A stretch of DNA of 64,000 nucleotides from a virus. Of this stretch, positions 20,587-30,358 are shown in pieces. The position numbers and the translations under genes were made by a program. Location: positions 96,001 through 160,000 of IMG/VR virus record IMGVR_UViG_3300047311_000323; one strand, given 5' to 3'. The notes beneath the pieces were generated by a model that saw only the letters and a program-made list of their open reading frames with translations, did not search any database and was not told the DNA's origin. Position 1 is the stretch's first letter, and each line of letters begins with the position of its first letter.

Positions 20587-21222
20587 TTATCGCTGTAAGC
20601 GTGGAACTATATTGTTTTTAACCTCTTCCTTCAAATCTTCTAGGGATTTGTTGTTGAATAATACATAGTCGAATTCTTCGTCTTTGATAGAGCTTTGACC
20701 AGTCTCACTAATGTGTTCAATAGGGGCCATACCCGTATCTCGATACAAACGAATTTGGAAAAAGCCCTTCTTCTTGAGGTGGTCAAACTCATTTCGGAAT
20801 CTGACATCGGTTACTACCAATATATTGGGAGGCGTCTTCTTCAAAAGAACCTGGTCATAACGGTGGTCAAAATTCTCTAACCAAACCTTATCATTGTAGT
20901 TACGGCCGACCTCAGTACCGATATCAATCAACGCCTGCCTGTATGTCAAGGGTTTGTCTCCTTTGAATGCACCAGGAATTGGTTCAGTGCGTAGGTGTGA
21001 TGGGCCGTATAGACATTCTTTATTGGCTCTTGGGAACATAACCATCACTATCTCTTTGATAGGATCGGCAAAGGCCATAAACTTACCTTGATAAGCCTGA
21101 AGATTGATAGCGTGTTTTGCCATGAACTCAGCGCTGTCTCGTTCATAGGCTTCCTGGTATAGAAGATTGGCTAACGTGTTCTTGCCAGTATTAGCTCTAC
21201 CAGTTATTGCAATTTTGTACAT
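20587..21222 (-). CDS. deoxynucleoside monophosphate kinase
   Basis: GRANTGKNT P-loop, FADPIKE, RQALIDIGTE.GR, VTDVRF.NE and HISE motifs. Confidence 0.88.
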   Translation of the reverse strand: MYKIAITGRANTGKNTLANLLYQEAYERDSAEFMAKHAINLQAYQGKFMAFADPIKEIVMVMFPRANKECLYGPSHLRTEPIPGAFKGDKPLTYRQALIDIGTEVGRNYNDKVWLENFDHRYDQVLLKKTPPNILVVTDVRFRNEFDHLKKKGFFQIRLYRDTGMAPIEHISETGQSSIKDEEFDYVLFNNKSLEDLKEEVKNNIVPRLQR

Positions 21223-21231
21223 CTGACCCCC

Positions 21232-23457
21232 TTACCACGAGGAAACTACTCGGGCACGTGATATCATGTTTATATCTTGTTCTACTAGAACGGCATGAGA
21301 AAACTTATCCTTCAAACGATCATTGTGCGTAATAACCAAAATGGAATAATCCTTCTGGAAAAACTTTACAATGTCCGCAAAGAAATCTACACTGGCCTTA
21401 TCCAAAGATTGGTCAATCTCATCCAATAGTAGGAATTTGACATCTACTCCACTCAATTTTTGGAGTAGAAATGAAAGTCCTAATTTCAGACTGAAGTTAA
21501 CGGCTAACTGCATGGCGCCAGAAATGTTCTCATAATAGCGCTTCTTGCCATTAATTGAATATTGAATATCCAATGTATCAGCTTGATCGCCAGTCTTTTC
21601 TACCGTCTTCTCAATAGAGAATGACAATTGAAGACCTGGCTTTAGTTGAGTTAGCAGGGCATTAGCCTCTATCTGCAAATCATCTAACACATTTTGAATA
21701 ATTAGATTTGGGATACCAGTGCTAGAGAAAGCTTGAACAACGGCTGGATACATACCCAACTTATCTTCAAGTTCTTTTTGTAGCTTGATATACTCAATCT
21801 TCTTGCGCTTCTCATCAGCTCGTTGATTCATTTCATGCTGTAAAACAGCTTTGTTACTATTGAAATGAGTTAGCTCTTTGTTGTTGAGAAGATTTTGATT
21901 CTCAATAACTTTAGCTTTCTGCTTGGCCTCGTGAATTTCCTTCTCCAGAACCTTAGCTTCTGTGATAGAGGAGTTCTGTAGATCTTTAGCGACTACATCC
22001 ATCTCCTTAATCTTATCTTCTAGTTCTTGGTTGAACTTATCCAAAAGAGCTTTGTATTCATCATGGATGGTGCGCCTATCAATCATCTCCTTCTTCTTGG
22101 AAGAAATCTTGCTATTGATACTCTCTAAATGTTGTTTGGAAAGCGTCAGATGATTGATGGTCTGCTGATGCACGGTGTTCTGCGTATTGAGGGCAGCAAT
22201 ATCCTTCTTGCAATTTTGCATATTGATTTGCTTCTCGCCTCGCTCCTCGTTCAGCTTCTCCTGACAGATTTTCCTGTGTTCTGCTGTGATGGGCTGGCGG
22301 CATTCCTCGCACTCACCATCATGCGGGATTGGCTTCCTCAACTTCTCCATCCTTGCCATATCATTTTGAATGGTAAGGTTTAATTGAGCAGACTTCTCTT
22401 TATTAGAGATAATCTGTTCTGACAGAATATCTATCTGATGGAAATCTAGTGCTGCCAGCTTAACCTGAGTTTCTTCAAGCTCTTTTAGCTCAACAATTGA
22501 CTCCTTAGCTAGCTTTACTATATTGGATTTCTTAGTGGTATACTCTTTGATAGATGTTTCTATTCTAGTCTTTTCGTTATTGAGAGTTTGCTCCCTAACA
22601 ACCAAAGCCGAAAACTTCCCCTCTAGGTTAGCATGGAGATTGACAAGCTGATTGATCTTTTCGTTAGCTAGAGTAATCTGAGCTTCGAAATCGCCTACTT
22701 TGGTTTGGCGGTCATCAATTTCCCTATCTACTGCTGCCAGTTTGCCAGCAATCTCTGCCAAGGCATGATCTGGGTCGCCAATGCTATCGATAAGCGTACG
22801 GAACCTATCTGCCTCTTTAGAAAGAGCAGAAGACTTGTCTTTAGCAATCTTTTCCAGCTTGGAATAGATGATTAGGTTTAAAGCATCTTTGAGAATCTTT
22901 TTACGAGTCTCGGGCGTGGCAGTCGTTAGTCCGCCGAAATCATGCTGCATGAAATGCACGAAAATCCTGAAGGACTTTAGATTTACCTTGACTAGCTTGC
23001 CAATTTCCTTTTCTGTATCAGGGGTGCGGCGGCCAGAAATGTCTTTCCAGTACTTTTCCTCATCATCCGCAACGGGAACATATCGGTCCCCACTAATACT
23101 ATGAAGGGCGTCGGTTTCCTCGCCCTCTAAACCGGTACGCTTGTAGAGCGTCAAATCACTTGTACCCTTGCGTGTACGTGTGCGTGTGGCTCTGTATTCT
23201 TCATCACCTACCATAAAATCAAAGGTGATACTGCACTTATCTGCGTCATCTCGAACGATGTTCTCCAAATTAACATCAGAGTGATTGAACAATACGTATT
23301 CAATAGCTCGGAAGATGGTTGTCTTTCCTACGCCGTTTGACACGTCATTGTTATTCTCGGTCTTGCCAACAATGAGAGCCGAACTGAATTCAGAGAAGTC
23401 AATATAGGCGTCATCATAGCACATGAAGTCCTTGATGTACAATCTGGATGGCTTCAT
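21232..23457 (-). CDS. sbcC: SbcC/Rad50-like SMC ATPase (gp46-like)
   Basis: Walker A NGVGKTT, coiled coil with CEEC zinc hook, ISGA signature, LLLDE Walker B, VITH. Confidence 0.92.
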   Translation of the reverse strand: MKPSRLYIKDFMCYDDAYIDFSEFSSALIVGKTENNNDVSNGVGKTTIFRAIEYVLFNHSDVNLENIVRDDADKCSITFDFMVGDEEYRATRTRTRKGTSDLTLYKRTGLEGEETDALHSISGDRYVPVADDEEKYWKDISGRRTPDTEKEIGKLVKVNLKSFRIFVHFMQHDFGGLTTATPETRKKILKDALNLIIYSKLEKIAKDKSSALSKEADRFRTLIDSIGDPDHALAEIAGKLAAVDREIDDRQTKVGDFEAQITLANEKINQLVNLHANLEGKFSALVVREQTLNNEKTRIETSIKEYTTKKSNIVKLAKESIVELKELEETQVKLAALDFHQIDILSEQIISNKEKSAQLNLTIQNDMARMEKLRKPIPHDGECEECRQPITAEHRKICQEKLNEERGEKQINMQNCKKDIAALNTQNTVHQQTINHLTLSKQHLESINSKISSKKKEMIDRRTIHDEYKALLDKFNQELEDKIKEMDVVAKDLQNSSITEAKVLEKEIHEAKQKAKVIENQNLLNNKELTHFNSNKAVLQHEMNQRADEKRKKIEYIKLQKELEDKLGMYPAVVQAFSSTGIPNLIIQNVLDDLQIEANALLTQLKPGLQLSFSIEKTVEKTGDQADTLDIQYSINGKKRYYENISGAMQLAVNFSLKLGLSFLLQKLSGVDVKFLLLDEIDQSLDKASVDFFADIVKFFQKDYSILVITHNDRLKDKFSHAVLVEQDINMISRARVVSSW

Positions 23458-24650
23458 TCTTTACCCTCAGTTTTATAGATGTTGTAGATTTCCATAGACA
23501 GCTCGATAAAGCCGGGTCTTGCAGCATCTTCTATATAGGTCTGCGCATAGGTTTTGATAGCCGCAGACACATCCATCTTCGAATCAATAGTGTTGGTATT
23601 ATCTTTCTTGATCAGATTAACCTTTTTAGATTCAGAAATGGCATTGACATTGAAGGCACCATTGCCAGTCAAATACTTTTCGATTATAGACTTGTTGATG
23701 GACTTGAGATCAGGAGAAGTTAGCGAAACTTCAACACGTACGATTGCTTGGTTCTGGACGCCAGCCTTCTTTACCTGCTCCAAAACATAGGCCGTAGTAT
23801 CTTCAGTATCCTTAGGAACACTGATAGTAATCTTTTGCAAAGGTCTAGTTGGCAGATATTCTTGGCTCCAGCCATTCTCCTCATCACAATTGAAAATGAC
23901 GATATGTTTCTTATGGTCGGTTTCACCGAAGTTAGAAATGTCCATACTTCCAATATGGGCGATGTAAGGATCCTTCTTCTTCATTACCTGCGGCTTATGA
24001 ACGTGTCCCATCCACACATAGTCGTATCCTTGGAACATATCCAAAGGACAAAACAACTCGTTAGTGAGGTCATCAATTTCATCACCAACTGGGATAGAGC
24101 CCTCGATGGCCAAATGTCCAATCACAACTTTGTGATAAGTGTCTGGGATACTGGCAAGCTCGTAGACAAGACTATCTCGAACCAGCGAAATTGCTTCCGC
24201 ATTCGATCCTACACTGAATGATTTTCTATCACGAAAGGGCACCATTGTAAAAGCGGTAGTGCCAATTATGATCGTGTTAATGTCCTTGTAGACACTAATC
24301 CCGTCTAGTTCGACCTCACTAATGATATCAAGCGGGGAAGTAGACACAAGTCCGCTACGTAAGATATCGTGATTGCCCACAATGATGTGGACTTGGACAT
24401 CATGCACTTGACATTTCTTGAGCCAAGCGATAAATAGTGTAATCAGAGCGGGATGGGGCTTTGGGTCTTCAAACACATCTCCTGTGAGGATGATATGATC
24501 AGCATGGTGCTCAATAGCACGATCCAACGTCCAATCCAAAAGATTAAGTTGATCAACGATGCGACTATTCAGTGTGGAACCGATACCACCTTTACCGATG
24601 TTCGTTCCTTTACCCAAGTGCACATCGCCAAGAATTATGGCATTTGTCAT
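23454..24650 (-). CDS. sbcD: SbcD/Mre11-like metallophosphoesterase nuclease (gp47-like)
   Basis: GDVH, TGDVF, VGNHD, GH and GHVH motifs; adjacent to sbcC. Confidence 0.92.
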   Translation of the reverse strand: MTNAIILGDVHLGKGTNIGKGGIGSTLNSRIVDQLNLLDWTLDRAIEHHADHIILTGDVFEDPKPHPALITLFIAWLKKCQVHDVQVHIIVGNHDILRSGLVSTSPLDIISEVELDGISVYKDINTIIIGTTAFTMVPFRDRKSFSVGSNAEAISLVRDSLVYELASIPDTYHKVVIGHLAIEGSIPVGDEIDDLTNELFCPLDMFQGYDYVWMGHVHKPQVMKKKDPYIAHIGSMDISNFGETDHKKHIVIFNCDEENGWSQEYLPTRPLQKITISVPKDTEDTTAYVLEQVKKAGVQNQAIVRVEVSLTSPDLKSINKSIIEKYLTGNGAFNVNAISESKKVNLIKKDNTNTIDSKMDVSAAIKTYAQTYIEDAARPGFIELSMEIYNIYKTEGKE

Positions 24651-25273
24651 GGTTTATATAGGGTTATGTATTCCTTGAAAAGCCCAACAACACGCTGTAA
24701 TGCCTCATTGTTAAGCTTCTTTCTCAGATTCAGCGTGTCGAATTTCTTGCACGCTGCCTCAACATATACCCCTGCTTCCTCGGTCGGATAAGTCAGATAA
24801 AACTCGCGAACGGTGTTTGAAAAGTCCATCATTAATTTGAGGCGCTCTTCAAAATCTTCGGGGTCATAGATGTTATCCTCATCTACATCGGAAGCATACT
24901 GTTGAAGTATTTTATAGGCTGCTTGTACTTTAGTGATACCATCCATAGCTGCCATGAATTCACAGCCATGTGCGTATTGACCACCAATCTTGCAACCGAA
25001 ACAATAGAAACTGTTTGTCTCAGGATAATAGTAGAAAGAGCCAGATCGTTCGCGGCCACCTTTATGTGACTTGAACGGGCACGTCGATTTCTTATTATGT
25101 GAGTCTAAATGAATATTGTAATGCTTGAAGAGCTTGACAATAGGGACCGTATTGGCCTTACTAATCAGCTCTTGGTAATAATCTTTTCCTGCAAAAGCTG
25201 CTGAAGGACTTCCAGTTTCCCCTGGTGTCTCGCCATCGCTATCGGATCTGGAGGTATTTGGTAGAGGGCACAT
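24647..25273 (-). CDS. stand-alone primase zinc-binding (zf-CHC2) domain protein
   Basis: CPFKSH..GRERSGSF.YY.ETNSFYCFGC...G; no TOPRIM domain. Confidence 0.8.
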   Translation of the reverse strand: MCPLPNTSRSDSDGETPGETGSPSAAFAGKDYYQELISKANTVPIVKLFKHYNIHLDSHNKKSTCPFKSHKGGRERSGSFYYYPETNSFYCFGCKIGGQYAHGCEFMAAMDGITKVQAAYKILQQYASDVDEDNIYDPEDFEERLKLMMDFSNTVREFYLTYPTEEAGVYVEAACKKFDTLNLRKKLNNEALQRVVGLFKEYITLYKP

Positions 25274-25351
25274 AATTGGGAATATTGCCCGAAGCGCTCT
25301 TTTTCTTCGGAAATTAAAGATAAAAGTAGCTCCTTGGGTGTCATGGTCAAG

Positions 25352-25897
25352 TTATTCACTACCTTTTTTCTTGTCAAGCGCTTTAGTAATTTCTTTGTTT
25401 ATGAAATCGGCCATTGCAACAGGATCTAGCTTCTTATTGAGTACAGATAGATGATACTCTAACTCATTCATCTTGTCTCTCTGATTGAAACAAGTTTTGA
25501 GAAGGAGGACAATCCAAGTTAGGGAGCCTTCACTTTCTCTTTCATTTGGGTCGCTATTAATCTCTGCTGCAAGCACAATCATATTCTGCAGCAGTTCTTT
25601 TTCAGATTCCGCATTGAATACGTTACGATTTTGAGGAAGAGTTTTATCAGCCATCGACTTTTGAAATTGCACGAACAGTTCGGCCGCGCGCTTCTTATAC
25701 CCAGACTGAACATCTTGAACTTGTTGAACTTGATGTTGGAATTCTTGCTGGGAAGGCTTTTTGCGCTTGCCATCAAACATGGATTGGCCCTGTGACTTTA
25801 CACCGCCTCTTGGCGTATACTCGTCTGGCCCTTGTAAAGACTGCTGTCCCTGATTTGGATGTCCTTGATTTGGTGGCGGTCCATTTCTATTCGTCAT
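25352..25897 (-). CDS. hypothetical protein
   Basis: ORF with GAGG SD. Confidence 0.7.
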   Translation of the reverse strand: MTNRNGPPPNQGHPNQGQQSLQGPDEYTPRGGVKSQGQSMFDGKRKKPSQQEFQHQVQQVQDVQSGYKKRAAELFVQFQKSMADKTLPQNRNVFNAESEKELLQNMIVLAAEINSDPNERESEGSLTWIVLLLKTCFNQRDKMNELEYHLSVLNKKLDPVAMADFINKEITKALDKKKGSE

Positions 25898-25907
25898 ACA
25901 ACCTCAA

Positions 25908-26294
25908 TTATCTCTTCTTGGAAGGAATGAGTGGCTTAGGGACACGTTTGATAATCACAAACTTGTCAGCCAACTCAACTGTGAAATCTGGAGACACGGC
26001 AGCTTCCAAAGAAGGAAGAGTTGCGCTAGAACGAATAGTTACATACAAGGCGCTTGGCTCTATCCCAACAAATGTGGCATGTTGAAAAACATACTGATCT
26101 GGTAGGCCGAACATGAGGATTGGGCGATTTTGAATCTCGGCCCAAATCTTGTCCGCTTCTGATTTGACAGGAGGCGCTGGAGGCGCAACAACTACTGGAG
26201 CTACAACCGGAGCTTCAACTTTCTTTACCTTTTTAACAGGCTTCTTGGTTGTTTTGGCGGCAGTAACTTTCTTGTTTTTCTTAGTCTTTGGCAT
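25908..26294 (-). CDS. hypothetical protein with Lys/Val/Pro-rich N-terminus
   Basis: ATG at 26294 with GGAG SD. Confidence 0.65.
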   Translation of the reverse strand: MPKTKKNKKVTAAKTTKKPVKKVKKVEAPVVAPVVVAPPAPPVKSEADKIWAEIQNRPILMFGLPDQYVFQHATFVGIEPSALYVTIRSSATLPSLEAAVSPDFTVELADKFVIIKRVPKPLIPSKKR

Positions 26295-26315
26295 AGTTTT
26301 CTCCACTTACAGTAT

Positions 26316-26624
26316 TCAAGAGTTACATATATCAGCAAAAGTGCTTCTAAAAGCGCTGGTTAAAACCAGCCCACTGATTCGCTTAACCTCTTTCCCGTCC
26401 TTCAGAACTAATACTTCGGGGACAGAATTGACTGCAAACCTCTTACATTGATTAGGAAAAGCGTCAACATCTACCGCAAAAAAGGAGATATCCTTATGTT
26501 TTTCTTCAATTTTGCTTATCATAGTAAGAAACTTATTATGGTACGGCATCCAGGAAGCATAAAAATATAAAGCCTGCAATGGCAGGTCAATTTGTAATTC
26601 CTCTTCTTGCGTGATGAATTGCAT
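26316..26624 (-). CDS. thioredoxin-fold protein lacking CxxC
   Basis: LYFYASW, FFAVDVD, FAVNSVP and KDGKEVKRISG; active site reads WMPYH. Confidence 0.75.
   Translation of the reverse strand: MQFITQEEELQIDLPLQALYFYASWMPYHNKFLTMISKIEEKHKDISFFAVDVDAFPNQCKRFAVNSVPEVLVLKDGKEVKRISGLVLTSAFRSTFADICNS
26326..26334 (-). promoter_or_regulatory. TGATATATG recurrent motif
   Basis: Near-exact copy upstream of ATG 26294. Confidence 0.4.
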
Positions 26625-26881
26625 TAGTTCTTGAGGTCTTTCTTTTCTTTATCAGAAGCTTCCAAATCCGCAATGAACTCTTCTATGTTCTTAGAGGCTT
26701 GGGCCCTCTCAATAACCACTTTAGCTACTCTTTTAGCAATTTCCTCAGTAGAAGAAGTTAATTCTTCTTGAGTGAAAACGCCCTTTTCAATTAGAAGCTT
26801 TTCAATAGCAGTTACGCGCAGCATAATATCTGCCATCATAATATCATTAGTTAGTTCTTGCTTATCTTTTTTGTCAGTCAT
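26624..26881 (-). CDS. hypothetical protein
   Basis: ORF; LLIEKGVFTQEEL helix. Confidence 0.65.
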   Translation of the reverse strand: MTDKKDKQELTNDIMMADIMLRVTAIEKLLIEKGVFTQEELTSSTEEIAKRVAKVVIERAQASKNIEEFIADLEASDKEKKDLKN

Positions 26882-26919
26882 TAGAATCTCCTGTATCTTC
26901 TATAACAGGAAGAATGGTC

Positions 26920-27447
26920 TTAGCGACCACAACACTTCTTATATTTCTTGCCAGAACCACAGATACAAGGTTCGTTGGGGCCAACTTTAGCTTTCTTGAT
27001 CACTGGCACCGGTTTAGGAATACTACGATCCATAAACAGCGTGGAATTCAAATGGTCCAGCTCGTGCTGACAAACGACCGCCACGAACCCACTAGCTACA
27101 AAGCTATGAGGCTCAGTCAGATTATTGACGATGTACACCTCCTGAAATCGTGTGGTATTCTCCGAACGACCAGGGAAAGACAAACATCCTTCATCTGTAA
27201 AAGTGGCAGGGTCGAACCCTTGGACTAACTTAGCGTTCACTAAGTTGAAACTTATCTTTGGCAAACGCACAATAGCAATATCTTTAGCGATACCTATTTG
27301 GGGCGCGGCTAAGCCGATGCCATTTTTTCCTAGACGATTAGCGTGCTCCAGCTCTTTTTCAAGAAGCTCTACTAACGAACCAACCTCGTCCATGGTCACA
27401 GGTTCGCAAAATACACGCAGCGCAGCTTCATTATTTGTGATTATCAT
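26920..27447 (-). CDS. def: peptide deformylase with C-terminal SEC-C motif
   Basis: [15 protein letters not shown] and QHELDH motifs; C-terminal [19 protein letters not shown]. Confidence 0.92.
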   Translation of the reverse strand: MIITNNEAALRVFCEPVTMDEVGSLVELLEKELEHANRLGKNGIGLAAPQIGIAKDIAIVRLPKISFNLVNAKLVQGFDPATFTDEGCLSFPGRSENTTRFQEVYIVNNLTEPHSFVASGFVAVVCQHELDHLNSTLFMDRSIPKPVPVIKKAKVGPNEPCICGSGKKYKKCCGR

Positions 27448-27477
27448 GTCTTACCTATATACCCCGAAGGATCGTAA

Positions 27478-27675
27478 TCACTTTTTACCACAGTTGCAAC
27501 CGCCGGACTTTGGTTGCAAGGGCGTAAGTTTTTTCAAACACACCGAGCAAATCTTATCAGTTGTGGAGCAAAGTTCACAGATTACGGCCACATTGACAAC
27601 GACCGTACCTTGACATCGCATGCACTGCTTCTTAGTGTATAGAAAGGCTAGCTTGGAACAGTTGGAACACATCAT
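27478..27675 (-). CDS. small Cys-rich zinc-finger protein
   Basis: Four CxxC pairs plus CNC in 65 aa. Confidence 0.6.
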   Translation of the reverse strand: MMCSNCSKLAFLYTKKQCMRCQGTVVVNVAVICELCSTTDKICSVCLKKLTPLQPKSGGCNCGKK

Positions 27676-27715
27676 GTTATCAATATTCCATCATAATACT
27701 AGACCGGAGGCCGCG

Positions 27716-27871
27716 ATGGATACGTTCTTTCCTTTTATCCACAAGATCGAAAAGAAAAAGAAAGAAGAGCTGCAACCTCTTTATATCGAACTCGAACCAC
27801 CACCTCTTGAGCGCAAGCAAAAGAGTGAAGAAGATGAAGAGACTCCACGAGTCATCATCATTGAGTTATGA
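27716..27871 (+). CDS. small hypothetical protein
   Basis: GGAGG SD before ATG 27716; MDTFFPFIHKIEKKKKEELQPLYIELEPP...RVIIIEL. Confidence 0.6.
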   Translation: MDTFFPFIHKIEKKKKEELQPLYIELEPPPLERKQKSEEDEETPRVIIIEL

Positions 27872-28126
27872 ATTCTTTTTAGCGTTGAAATCGTCCAAAA
27901 TACTGGAGGCTTCTTTGAATAGACCTCTAGCTTCAGCGAACCAAAGATAAGAGCTAATGATCTCACGAGCTTGACGATAATCCTCAGCAGGATCACACTG
28001 GTCAAGACAATTCTGGCAAATCTTAAAACGAGTTACATTGATTTTAGATAGAGCTACGCTCTGGAGTTCTTCAGAATCGAACTCCTGAGCACAAACAATG
28101 CAGTTACAAGATGTTACCGGGGTCAT
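27866..28126 (-). CDS. small zinc-finger protein
   Basis: CIVC and CQNC pairs. Confidence 0.6.
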   Translation of the reverse strand: MTPVTSCNCIVCAQEFDSEELQSVALSKINVTRFKICQNCLDQCDPAEDYRQAREIISSYLWFAEARGLFKEASSILDDFNAKKNS

Positions 28127-28135
28127 GGTGCTTCC

Positions 28136-28144
28136 TATATATCA
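28136..28144 (-). promoter_or_regulatory. TGATATATA recurrent motif
   Basis: Exact copy 9 nt before ATG 28126. Confidence 0.45.
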
Positions 28145-28180
28145 TGGGAAAGTATATAGGTATTCCATATTATTGACCGG

Positions 28181-28212
28181 AAAAACGGGGATAATGTTTA
28201 CATTATCCCCGT
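28181..28212 (-). terminator. Rho-independent terminator
   Basis: Perfect 12-bp stem ACGGGGATAATG/CATTATCCCCGT with a 4-nt loop, followed by a T-run on the minus strand. Confidence 0.8.
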
Positions 28213-28226
28213 CCAGCGACCCAGTT

Positions 28227-28736
28227 TTAGCCCTGTAGGAAGTCGTCCCAATCCTTATGCCAGTATTCCTGGGGATCCGCCACATAGTAATGGGCAGAAA
28301 AAGATGGGTGAGTTGGCTTCTTTAGGAGCTTCATATTGGCCTGTTCAGGCGTCTTGTCAGCTTTTTGGTTATTACATACCTGACACGAGACTACACAGTT
28401 CACGAAGGACGTAATACCCCCTTGTGCTCTTGGTAGAACGTGGTCGATAGTAATCTGAGAAGCGGTTAGCTTCCTACCACAATACTGACAGGTGCTTCTA
28501 TCTCTTTTCACCAAAGCCTTGCGGCTGAAGTTTGAGTTGAAGTAATTGCGTTTGACGTGAGTCTTCAATCTCAAGATAGAAGGGTGCTTAACCTTTCCAG
28601 AACCCCAGGTGATGAACTCGTCCCAAGAAGAGACAACTTCAACCTTGTCCTTGAAAAGCAACTTGAATACTTTTCTTTCTGGAATGAAAGAAAGCACCTC
28701 ATACGATGCATTTAGCAACAGCGTTTTCTTTGACAT
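28227..28736 (-). CDS. HNH endonuclease
   Basis: LLLNASYE, RDRSTCQYCG, TIDHVLPRAQGG, N.V..C..CN..K. Confidence 0.9.
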   Translation of the reverse strand: MSKKTLLLNASYEVLSFIPERKVFKLLFKDKVEVVSSWDEFITWGSGKVKHPSILRLKTHVKRNYFNSNFSRKALVKRDRSTCQYCGRKLTASQITIDHVLPRAQGGITSFVNCVVSCQVCNNQKADKTPEQANMKLLKKPTHPSFSAHYYVADPQEYWHKDWDDFLQG

Positions 28737-28754
28737 GATGTTTTATATCTCCGT

Positions 28755-29453
28755 TTACAATTCGGCAAGGGCATCGTATATGTCCTTACCATCAATCTCG
28801 TTACCTAGACAAGTCCAACCCGGTCGGAGTCTCCTGGCGAACAATTCTAGTTTACGAGCTAATGGAAACATGGTTTCCATTGATTCCTGCAAGTCATCCG
28901 GCTTGGCCGAATGTTTTAGGTTCTCAGCAAAGCTAACTGAGCGTTGTGATTTGTTAGCTAACTGCTTGAGAATCTTACCACGAGTTCCAATCAAACAAAT
29001 CTCGTGAGTCTGTCTAAACAATCGACCCATAAAGAAAGCTAGTTCCTCTGCTAAGTCTATTCTTAGTAGATTTTCCATAATCGACTTGACTGCTCGGTCA
29101 TAGGCGAATTTGTCATAAGCTACCTGTTGATGTTTCAATATGCTTTTCTTAATCCACTTAATGAAACGTTGGAATCTGTGCTTTTTGATTTTGACCCATA
29201 CATAGGTCTGCTTGTGGTCGAAGCCCCAAGCTTTCATGGTGTTCAGCCCATCTTGCAGCAATGAGCCTGGCACCCATAAACATAAGACTGCACCATCGGG
29301 ATCGCAAGCCTCTTCTACGGGCATCTCGCGAATTTGTTGCATTGTCATGGTGTCGTAGTTGGCCTTGGCCCCACGCTTGACATCCGACATTTTAAGAGAA
29401 TCCTTGAATGGCCAGGGAGGATCAGCCACAATTACCGAATACTTTTTACCCAT
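28755..29453 (-). CDS. MT-A70 family adenine methyltransferase
   Basis: VIVADPPW, LCLWV, AWGF, YVWVK, R..HE.CLIG.RG, HSAKP and LELFARR. Confidence 0.88.
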   Translation of the reverse strand: MGKKYSVIVADPPWPFKDSLKMSDVKRGAKANYDTMTMQQIREMPVEEACDPDGAVLCLWVPGSLLQDGLNTMKAWGFDHKQTYVWVKIKKHRFQRFIKWIKKSILKHQQVAYDKFAYDRAVKSIMENLLRIDLAEELAFFMGRLFRQTHEICLIGTRGKILKQLANKSQRSVSFAENLKHSAKPDDLQESMETMFPLARKLELFARRLRPGWTCLGNEIDGKDIYDALAEL

Positions 29454-29466
29454 AGGGGCCTCACAA

Positions 29467-30351
29467 TTACTTGATGATCATCATTGGTAATTCGAGAGGT
29501 GATTGGGCGCCATCCACTTGAATATCTTGTACCGCTTCAAGCTTCTCTTTGTTCATAGAAGCTTGCTTGGTGATCGTCACTCGATATGCTCCTATACCAA
29601 GGGAAGCCATCCATTTACCGGTTCCATTTGTTCTTGTTTTGAAAACTGGCTGTCCAGTTGACAGGTCCACAATCTCAACGGGTGCCAAGAAGAGAGACTT
29701 GCCATTTTTGTCAACACAGCGCTGCATGACAGGAATCTGTCCTTGCCCAGATGACATTGGGGTATCGCCCTCTGCCATAGGAACTTGCTCAGCATGCGAA
29801 AATGGTGATCCACCTGGATTAGGTGGCGCCAAGACATTACCCCTTCTACTTGAAGGCACATTGGTGCCTCCTGGGACCACTACAGTGGAGTCGGTTGCAT
29901 TGCGCCCTGGAGGAGGCTGCATTGGCTGCTGACGGCCTGGAGGCATCTTAGGAAGCTGCATTGGCATCTTCACTTCTTGCTCTGGACGTGGCAAAACAGC
30001 ATTGTCGCCTGCATAGGTTTCTGGTCGAGAACTACGACGGAACCCATGTGGCGTATTGTCTTGTGGAAGCTTGGATTCGGCTGTTACAGGAATGTTTCTC
30101 TCAGGTTCCCCGGCCGGAATTTGGTCAAACGTGGGTGGCACAATATTTGCCCTGGGCGGGGCAGTATTAACCGCTTCTACCATAACTCTGGGGGCAGAAG
30201 CTTGTTGTTTATCCAGCTTTCCAATTACATCATTTAGCTTATTGGACAATACCTTAATAACTAAGTCTTGTGATCTTACTATATCTAATAGTGTATTTAC
30301 CTTGGATTCCACATCCAATAGCACATCTGTGGCTTTTCTTGGTTCAGTCAT
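29467..30351 (-). CDS. hypothetical Pro-rich protein with C-terminal beta domain
   Basis: ORF; C-terminal RTNGTGKW..SL..G.YRVTI resembles a carboxypeptidase-regulatory-like beta sandwich. Confidence 0.6.
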   Translation of the reverse strand: MTEPRKATDVLLDVESKVNTLLDIVRSQDLVIKVLSNKLNDVIGKLDKQQASAPRVMVEAVNTAPPRANIVPPTFDQIPAGEPERNIPVTAESKLPQDNTPHGFRRSSRPETYAGDNAVLPRPEQEVKMPMQLPKMPPGRQQPMQPPPGRNATDSTVVVPGGTNVPSSRRGNVLAPPNPGGSPFSHAEQVPMAEGDTPMSSGQGQIPVMQRCVDKNGKSLFLAPVEIVDLSTGQPVFKTRTNGTGKWMASLGIGAYRVTITKQASMNKEKLEAVQDIQVDGAQSPLELPMMIIK

Positions 30352-30358
30352 AATACCC

